Shown here: positions 54,828 to 64,000 of the stretch, in pieces | Layout: every line of letters starts with the position of its first letter | Position numbering within the stretch: position 1 is the stretch's first letter | Assembly: GCA_951406725.2 (NCBI GenBank) | Contig: OX597818.1 | Span: 1,364,001 to 1,428,000, forward strand | Direction: 5' to 3' | DNA length: 64,000 bases | From: Octopus vulgaris | Lineage: Eukaryota | Program-made: the position numbers and the translations under genes | Notes under the pieces: generated by a model | The model's database searches: none | What the model was told of the DNA's origin: nothing | Seen by the model: only the letters and a program-made list of their open reading frames with translations

Positions 54828-55266
54828 GGCAGCGAGCTGGCAGAATTGTTAGCGCGCCGGGCAAAATGCTTAGCGGCATATCATCCGCCGCTACGTTATG
54901 AGTGCAAATTCCGCCGAGGTTAACTTATCCTTTCATCCTTTTGGGGTCGATAAGCTAAGTACCAGTGAAACACTGAGGTCGATGTAATCGAGTAGTTCTC
55001 CACGAAATTTTCAGCTTTGTGCCTTTAGTAGAAAAAATTATTATCACAATGACTAAGGCGGTGAGCTGGCAGAATCGTTAGCAAGCCGGGCAAAATGCTT
55101 AACGGCAATCCGTCCATTCTTACGTTCTGAGTTCAAATTCCACTGAGATCTACTTTGCTTTTGTCCTTTTGAGTCGATAAAGTAAGCACCAGTGAATCAC
55201 TGGGGTTGGTATAATCGACTTACTCGCAATCCTGAACTTGCTGGCCTTGTGCCTAAATTTGAAACT
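54828..55266 (+). mobile_element. two tandem SINE family B copies (54828-55036 and 55057-55266)
   Basis: GGC.G.GAGCTGGCAGAAT.GTTAGC...GAGTTCAAATTCC...CCTTT..GTCGATAA...AGT/CACCAGTG. Confidence 0.9.
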
Positions 55267-55292
55267 ATTATTATCCTAATGACTCTCCCGTG

Positions 55293-55630
55293 ATACAACG
55301 AAAAACAATTTTAGACTTCTGTATATACCACAGGGAAAGTAATACAGATTGTAGATATTTTTTATGTGTACTACAGTGAAAACTGTATACCATACCACAA
55401 TGAAAACAATATAAATGTAGACATTTGTATAAACTACTTTGTGAGAAATCTATTTGAAGACAATTATATGTATCCCAGTAAAAATAATATAAACCACAGA
55501 CATTTTTATGTACTGCAATAAAAGTAATACAATTCAGGACGTTTATTTATATATAATACAATGAAAGCAATACAACTGTAGACAATTATATATAGCGCAG
55601 TAAGATTAATACAACCAAAAGATATTTTTA
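55293..55630. repeat. diverged minisatellite, unit about 40 bp
   Basis: Recurrent tac.aca.tgaaa..aataca..tgtagaca.tt.tat unit. Confidence 0.7.
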
Positions 55631-57532
55631 CTCTGACCACTGCACTGATAATGTGTCTGCTGAGGCCATTATTTTAGCCTGGGGATAGCTAGCAGCCTAC
55701 TGAAGTGTTGTGCACAACACGGAAATTATCATTACAATGACATTTACCCTATGCCACATGACAATGGCAATTTCCTCTTTAAATTTCCGCCATTTTTGAA
55801 TAAACGATGAATTCGTTTTTGAAATTCTAATGAATGTTTTTTTAACATTTACTAGGGAGAAAAAGTCCAACAATATTTCGTTAAGCATACATTTAGTATG
55901 ATGCCTTTACCTTAATTTTGGAGCGACAAATGGGAGTCAGGCTAAGTAAATTTTATTGTTGCTAAATAGTTGCCAGCTGTGTTGTTTTGTTCTATAGTTG
56001 AATTCTATTACACATTGTATTAATCATTACATTTAAATGCAATTTCTAGTATAAATGAAAACATTGAGATGAAAAGAACTACAACAAATATCTCAACTGT
56101 TGCTAAAACAACCAATCCGTTCATGCCTCTTTTTTTTTCTTTCCTCTCTGTTCTGTTTTAGTCGTTCTTAATATTTAGCTGTAGAAGATAAATGTCGAAA
56201 GACAAAACTTTCAGAACTTCAGATCCTCTAAAATAAGATATGTATCTATGGCAGTAATCAACAGAATTAGCAAGATTAAATACTTTGTGGCATTTAGTTA
56301 AGTACAATTATGCAAGTTAAAGTTCCAAAGTCGACAAAGTAACCAAAAGTGAAGTATTGTGTTAAATATAATTGATTGTGTTTTTGAATACTTTTACTGT
56401 GCCCCAGCATGACCATAGTTTGGTGAGTGAAAAAGTAAAATATGAAGAATTTTACAGAAATATTTTCTCAGATAATCACTTCCTAATTTTTCCAATAATC
56501 CCAGAGAAATATTGATTATCTGCCTTCAATGCTCCTTTGAATACTTGCTAATTATTTTACCATATATTCCCTTAATGGAAACATCAATAACATTTTATGT
56601 AGAAAAAAATTGCATATTGAAGATATTCCTGATTAAGAATTTAGTATTTACAATAACTGATCATAAATGCAGGAACAATTTTTTAAAATTAGGAATAATT
56701 ACATTTACTGTACTTCTTGCATTCTCTCCGAATTCTTTGAAAAGCCAAACTGAAATCAGACCTGTCTGATGTAATTTTCTCAGAGTTAATTCCTTTCTTA
56801 GACTTCCTGTTAGTAGAGCCAATTGCAGCAAGTTCAAAATAATTATATAAATTGCACAACATCAAATAATTTCTTTCTTTTTTTTGACATTTTGCATACT
56901 TTACAAAACAGGGTCATTGATATCAATATATTCCTTATTTATATTTTGGTAAATTTTGCTTTTCTTTTAAGGTCACTCTAATTGCCATGTACTCTGGATA
57001 AAATTCCAATTTACCTTCAAATTAAATTTAATGAAGCTCTTTACTATGATTTCCCACATCTACTGATTGGGAAAAGATAATAAAAGACAATAAAAAACAA
57101 TTAATTTCCATTTGAAGATTTTAAAAATAAGAATTCTGAATAGGAAAACACTTCCTTAATTGGAACTGTACAGAGAATACATTTCTACTTTTGATTGTGA
57201 GATGATTTGGCGCTGAACATCAGACAGATTATTTTAAACTACTATTAAACTCACATACTTTTACACACACACACACACACGCATAGTATAGAGATAGGGT
57301 TATAATCTAAGGTGTGTCCTCATGAAGCGTATCTGCATATTCGAGTACTTCTAGAACATGTGTAGATATCATGATTGTGTGAGGCATGCATAAGAGTTGA
57401 AAAATACTGGAAAATAGGTTTTGCAAAGTGATTACTTACCAAAAGAGAAGACACAAACAAATTATATTAAAAAAATAGATAATGCAAATCTTTTCCTATT
57501 TTGTTTGTGTGTGCGCGTGCGTGCGTGCGTGC

Positions 57533-57577
<45 letters not shown>

Positions 57578-57617
57578 GGAAGAAAAATAAAGCGTTCGAT
57601 TGATCTATCGATCTGGC

Positions 57618-57762
57618 AAATTGGCAGGATCGTATGTAGATATCATTAATGTGTCGGAGTGCTTGTCTCACGGTATTTGTTATTTGTTTCGTCTCACAGC
57701 TTTCTGAGTTCCAGTCTTACCAAGGTCAACTTTGTCTTTCATCCTTTCAGGTTTGATTTAAA
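57618..57762 (+). mobile_element. SINE family B, degraded
   Basis: tggcaggatcgt...ttctgagttc...aggtcaactttgtctttcatcctttc. Confidence 0.6.
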
Positions 57763-58474
57763 AAACCGTCCCAATCCATGCCAGAGACTCCAGGAACTGT
57801 AAAAATATTGCACTGAATGCGTAACAGTATTTGTCCCGGTTCAAATTTCACCATTGACTTAACCCATCACCATGTTTAACAGTATGGTCTGACACTTTGC
57901 GTACCTTTATTGGTATCTACAATGCTGGAGGCCAAGTTTCTGGTTAGAAGTCACTTTCGCCCCTCCTTTTCATTAGCATTGCAGTTTGTGTAAGTGTCTT
58001 GGACACTGCTTTGTCTATTAGCTAAAAGATAATAATCAGTGTTTCTATTATTCTACTGACATTAAAATTAAAATGCTCTTCGCATTCGCAATTGTGTACT
58101 TTTGTCTGTCTTCCACTTCATCTTAATGAAAAGATAGTTGAACTAGTGAAAGGATCAACTTCAATTACAGCCTCAATAAGAGTGTTTCTCTCCGACAACA
58201 TACACATCAATGAAAAGACGTATTGTCATGGATTAGTCTTTGTCATAAACTTCGGAACAGCAATTTTAAAGTATTTTGCGTTGATTTCAAGAAATGAAAC
58301 CCAGGAAATATTTCTAGGTTAATTCCAGAATACTTTATCCGACGTCTTTTAAGATAGATTCAAAGGTTTGGAAAGGGAATGCATATCAGTTATTGTAGTA
58401 TTTCTATGATCTACATCAGTCAAAGTATTTCTATTTATTCCACTAATCCTAGTATGTATATTGCAATAGCCATG

Positions 58475-58558
<84 letters not shown>

Positions 58559-58999
58559 ACACACACACACACACGTTACCTACAGTGATCATAGTATGTT
58601 TATTACCTACAATAATCACAGATACGTATATTACCTGTAATGATCATACTATTTCCCTCAACAACAATAAAGTCGAGACTTATATATGCTTTCGATGACT
58701 GCTTAGTATATAGTGGGCCTTAGTAAACTCTTATTTTGGCAGATAGATGTAGTCAAATGGATAAAAATTCGGATTATAACTTTACAAATGTTTGTGAGTT
58801 TGGCTGGTTCGATCTAGACACGTCGGAGGAAGGGAGGAGCTGAGTGAGGTATGAAGGAGTAGAATAATGAAAGTTCTTATTTGTTGTGTGAAGCACTTTC
58901 TAATAAGTTTGAAGATGTTTTATGTGGGTGCATAATATCATCAACTACCTTGCAATATATATGGGAACATGGAAATAGTGGCAACGAGGAACGAAAGGT

Positions 59000-59690
59000 A
59001 GACTGTATGACGCATTGTTAGGCCGTTGCTGGAGTAATGGACTCCTAGTCCTTGTCAGAGCATCTGATTGGGATAAAGATATTCTGATGCAAAACCAGAA
59101 TCATTCAGTTTGTGGACGTCTCACCCAATGTGCATACTTGATTTACTATAATCAATTTCATATTAAAGACTTTTTTGAACCAGTAGTAGACAGAATCTTT
59201 CAAAAGTGGTGGTTGTCACTGCATCAGTTAGTGAATCATGTACATCTGGGATGTCTAAATACCATAACTTACGTAGTTTCGCACACGATTGTACATTAAT
59301 TCTTATTGGTCTTTATATCTGTGGAAAGGATATCCGTGTTTTGTGGGGCGGTTTCGGCGATTAACTGACTGAATATCATTTAACGTGGAAATCTGTCTAC
59401 TTTCATCTTACCTTCAGGTTTTAACATTCAGAGCCAGTGTTTCATCAGGGCTGAATTCATGATTCGAGTGTTGTTTATCTTATAATTTTTAGACAGCGTG
59501 TCTCGTAGCTATGGAGTCCTTTCATTTCAAGGCGTAAAGCTTTTGTTGATGGAAATAATCCAGATTTTTGATGTTCCAACGATAAAGGGTTCGTGTTTCG
59601 CAATGATATAGTAATGTTGAGATAACAACAGAACAACATCTTGATAGAACATTAGTTTTGTTTGTGGGGTTAGATGTTAAAGACCTGGGT
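59000..59690 (-). mobile_element. decayed RTE-type LINE 3' fragment
   Basis: SVVISTLLYHCETRTLYRWNIKNLDYFHQQKL resembles the RTE LLYGCETWT motif. Confidence 0.65.
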
Positions 59691-59740
59691 TGCCACCAAT
59701 TTTCCAAATATGTTGAATGTGTACACACGCACACACACAC

Positions 59741-59825
<85 letters not shown>

Positions 59826-60897
59826 CAAGAATTGCGCGTACTATGTCCGTGAAGTACAAAAGTTAAGCGTATTTGTCAATGTGTCTGTGTATGTGCGCGT
59901 GTGTGTCTGTGTGATAACATGTCACTATTTTATGTTTGTATGTATATAGAAAATTAAATGTATGGGGACATTTAAGTAGGTATATCAGCGCATATATACA
60001 TTAATGTAGAGGCATAGGTATGTTTGTATAGTTGCCTATACCTGTAAGTGTAGTAACTCTATATATCTAGGTATATATGTGAATTATGTACTGTTTAGTA
60101 AGCTTATGTATATGTGTGTGCACGCCCGCGCGTGTCTGTATGAAATTATATATACGTGTATTTGTGTAGCTGCTAGTATGTTGGATGGTATGTGGCCACT
60201 CTGAGTGCTGGTGTATTTACCAGAGTATCATATTACATGTGGATCAAGGGGAGAACCCCCATGCCAAAAAATACATACTTAACATACACGCTGCTGAATG
60301 TAGTCACTAGGTGTAAATACGGAAGCCAAGAATCGAAACGTAGATAATTCTACATATTAGGAGCCAATAAAAGAATATACATACATACATACAAACATAC
60401 ATACATACATACATACATACATACATACATACATACATACATACATACATACATACATACATACATGCATACATATTCTTTTACTTTTATTCTTTTACTT
60501 GTTTCAGTCATTTGGCAGCGGCCATGTGAAATCGTGTGTTGAAAAAGATATTGTTATACTTGGAATGACCATCTTTTGCCGATTAAACACACGCACTATT
60601 TATTTGATCTTCACTTTAAGTTTATTATTATCTTTTTAGTTTACTTGTCAAAGTTTTCTTCACATATTCTGTGACCTCTTCAGCGGCATTCTGTCGCACG
60701 CGCCTCCTCTTGTTCTGTCTACGTCATTTCATCTCTCTGAGCTGTGCATCCGTATCTGCACATGCGGTTACGTTTGTATCCGTGTTTTTCATGTGTTTAG
60801 TATGTCTTCTGTGCGTGTATATGGGTTTGTACAATGCATTGTTTGTACCCGTATCTTTTATTTACTTATTTATTTAATTTTTCTTTTCTCATTCTGT

Positions 60898-60960
<63 letters not shown>

Positions 60961-61156
60961 CTTGTGTACCAGTGGCTTTTATTTATATTGTTTATTCGAT
61001 CCTAGGCTGCCATGTTTGCACCTAGTGACTACATTCAGCGTGTATGTATATATATTGGATCATTCCATTAATAATGCAGTCTTTTCAACTGCATGAACTA
61101 AAAGTCGGAGGGGGACGGGATAAACTGCCTGCATCAACTTGCTATAAAAGCAGGTA

Positions 61157-62860
61157 GTCATTTTATCTTGTATTTTTGTCTTAGAGCAATTTTTATTCTC
61201 AGCCCAAGTTCTCCATTTTTGTCGTTTGGTGAATTGAAGTTTAAATTATTGGTTGCTGTTAATTGAATTATTGTTATTTGAACTGTTTTGTGCTGCGTTG
61301 GCAGCGGTTTCAAGTTGTGCTTTCTCTCGATAAAATCAAGAGATAGCCATGGATAAAAGATATTTTTTTTATTTGGACCTTAGCGGTTCCGAAATATCCT
61401 CTTCGGAGGAGGAATTAATTAAAGCTGCGAACAAGTTGGACAAGTGTTTGCAAAAAAGAAGTTTCGCGGAAATGACGGAGATAAAAAACAAAGAAATAAA
61501 CATGGTACACTTCAAGGAACACCAAACGATGGCAAACAGAGTGGGCGGTAATGTGAAATTATCACCACCAGAGAGGATTATGGAAGACATGGCAAGGGAA
61601 ACCATCGTCTACAAAGTGTATGCAGTGGAAAAGAAAAAGATAGTTCAAGTGGAGGTGGAAGTAATTGAAAAAGCGTTGAATGCAGTACACAAAGATATTG
61701 TGTTCATGTCGAGAGGTAACAAATTTGGACCAGTAGTTGTCCAATACAGGTCAGAAGAAATAGCAAGGAGGAAGGCAGGAATCATAATAAAGACAAATAA
61801 AGTGGTACTACTGCCCACGTACCTTGAAAGGAAAACCTCAATGATAAAAGTTGAGGGAATCCCACCAGATATAGATGCGGTTTGGGTCGCGGAGGCTGTC
61901 CTGTATGGAAACATAGAGGAGGTGGTTGTTCTACAAGCCTCAGAAACTGAGGAAGCAAGATGGAAAGGGAAGAAACTAGAACTTGTGGTGCAAGCAGACA
62001 TGGAAGCTTTGGAAAGTTTAACCGAAACAGTGATCGTAGGAGAGGTGATTTTGAGTGTATGGGTGGAGGGCTGGATACCTCGCTGTTATAAATGTGGCCA
62101 AAAAGGCCACATTACAGCACACTTACCTCTGCAGAAACAAAATACGGATAGGATGGAGGAGAAGTCTGAAAAAAAAACAAGCGGAGCAAATGGAGGTAAA
62201 AGAAAGAGAGGAAGTATAGACATTGGCAGAGAAAAGAAAAAAAGGAAGAAAGGTCAGTATGAAATGGAACCCTAATCCATCAACACCTCACCCACACCCT
62301 CTCAGATCCACCCTCCCCACACAGACACCAAACCCACCCATTCCCTTCCTTCACAAAATAAAAAGCTAAAAGAAGAGAAACAGACACAAAATTTAAAAAA
62401 TCCCCTCCCCAGTGAAACAGGATATGTATGCGTTTTAACGAAAGATGCACAGGAGGAACTGATCAATGAGGTAACTGGTTGGAGAACGGCAAAATATGTG
62501 GATATGGAAGGAGAGGCGAGTGTAGTGGGTTGGGACATGTGTCTGTTGGTGTCGCAAGTTCAAAGGGATGTAATTATTAAATATTAAAAGGAATATAAGT
62601 GTTGGAAAACGGACATAGATATAAAAAGGATACCGGCAAGAACAGGAGACGAGGAGCTACGAGAAAATTTTAATCTGGACGTTCTAAAAGTATCAGGACT
62701 TAAAAAGAAGTGATGTTGCTAGACGTGAGCTAGCAACTCATTTTTATGAATCATGCATATCATAATTGAATTGTTTTTATTTTAATTTTTTGTGTGTTAT
62801 ATGTCCCCACATGTGTTTGTGTTGTCCCATCTGTGTTGGCCCCTTGTAGGCAATAAAAAA
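61157..62860 (+). mobile_element. ORF1-only retroelement-like unit 1
   Basis: T-rich 5' UTR, ORF1, hairpin at 62715-62737, 3' end GGCAATAAAAAA. No RT or endonuclease is visible. Confidence 0.6.
61349..62275 (+). CDS. gag/ORF1-like zinc-knuckle protein of a non-LTR-type element; probably continues in frameshifted form to 62713
   Basis: 308-aa ORF with VEGIPP, PRCYKCGQKGH and a basic tract. Paralogue at 62970-63858. Confidence 0.75.
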   Translation: MDKRYFFYLDLSGSEISSSEEELIKAANKLDKCLQKRSFAEMTEIKNKEINMVHFKEHQTMANRVGGNVKLSPPERIMEDMARETIVYKVYAVEKKKIVQVEVEVIEKALNAVHKDIVFMSRGNKFGPVVVQYRSEEIARRKAGIIIKTNKVVLLPTYLERKTSMIKVEGIPPDIDAVWVAEAVLYGNIEEVVVLQASETEEARWKGKKLELVVQADMEALESLTETVIVGEVILSVWVEGWIPRCYKCGQKGHITAHLPLQKQNTDRMEEKSEKKTSGANGGKRKRGSIDIGREKKKRKKGQYEMEP

Positions 62861-64000
62861 TCAATTTTTCTTAGTGCAATTTTTGAAGAGTACAGTTCGT
62901 ATTGCTGTTGTGTAATTATTGATGTTTAAATACTTTTGTTTAAATGCTGTTGTTTGAATTGTTGTAGGATGGAATGCACAATAACATATAAAACACACTC
63001 GGTAGTCGCATGAAGAATTAACGTAATCACGACAAATCAAGTGGAGAAAGAACTAAGGCCAGTCTGGAATGAAATTAAGTATCTAACCAGAGGGAGCAAA
63101 TTTGGAACAATTAAAGTTAGATTCAAGAATGCAACTGTAGCAAGTTTGAACGTGGCAAAAATCTTAAAAACCGACGAAGTGGTGATGTTGCTGATGGAAG
63201 GCGTTCCATAAGGGTCAGCGTAGAGGGAATCACCCCAGATGCCGACGTGTTCTGGGTAGCAGCCGCTGTCTTGCTCGGTAATGAGGAAGAGATTGCGGTT
63301 CTCCAGACCACTAAAACAGAACCAAAAAATTGGAAAGGTCCTACCTTATACACGGTGATACAAGGACTGAAAGAAATAATCGAAGAATTGCCAGAAACAA
63401 TAGCATTTGATGATATAATAATGGTAGTCAGAGTAGAGGACAGAACCCCAAAATGCTACAAGTATGGCCAGAAAGGCCACATTAGAGCAAACTGTATTCT
63501 ACAAGACAAAACGGGAAAGGAAGAACCGACAAGAGAAAAAGAAAAAATACCACCACCTCCAGTAGAAACAGAAGAAGACGGAACAGAAGGCGAATGGGAG
63601 ACACCTGTCAAGAAAAGAAAACGAAAAAGGAAGAAACCAGGTAAAACAAATACAGAACCCTACCCCACCCAACACCCACCCACACCCTCTTCCTCCCACC
63701 AGCTCCCTACAGACACTGAACCTACCCGCCCCTTTGCAACACACAAACACATACATTCAGACATAAGCCGTTCAACCTCCCCACCTTCCGGAAAAAGAAT
63801 AAAAGTAACTATGCGATTATATATGACAATACTAATAAGGGTTTGTGCGAGGAAATAAAAACATGGAAAAATATAAGATCGGTGGACACTCGCAAATTCG
63901 ACAATGTGAAAGGGTGACATTGCTGCCTTGTTGTTAGATAAAGATCAGAAGGAAAAAATTCAAAAATTCAAAAGCGGATTTAAAATGTGGGAAGTGGAAC
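62861..64000 (+). mobile_element. ORF1-like unit 2, decayed, running off the window
   Basis: Starts with a similar tttt.cttag.gcaatttt. Reads RGSKFG, VEGITPD, PKCYKYGQKGHIRANC, WETPVKKRKRK. Confidence 0.7.

Noticed and set aside
61144-61151. TATAAAAG as promoter of the ORF1 unit
   Set aside because: Common by chance in AT-rich DNA, and too close to the presumed start of the unit.

Overview
AT-rich eukaryotic DNA saturated with microsatellites and transposons. The SINE families and repeat composition resemble octopus or another cephalopod (inference). No host protein-coding gene can be supported. Contents: (1) Penelope-like retroelements (RT + GIY-YIG) and many short non-coding 3'-end derivatives, nearly all abutting (TA)n. 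Many are folded back into inverted repeats, and about 15 carry hammerhead-ribozyme-like motifs. (2) A 12-kb pile-up (12.9-25.1 kb) of co-oriented R4/Dong-type RLE LINEs in (TAA)n tracts, with three copies of a 555-bp non-coding element that share one 5' end. (3) Decayed DNA transposons: Chapaev3-like, mariner, non-autonomous Helitron, a foldback element and a possible Helentron-type element. (4) CR1 and RTE fragments and three tRNA-type SINE families. (5) Two tandem gag/ORF1-like units, the complete first one lacking ORF2. Best candidate for an undescribed system: (TA)n-anchored, hammerhead-bearing fold-back mini-elements with family-specific breakpoints. All calls were made by eye, without database searches or folding software.
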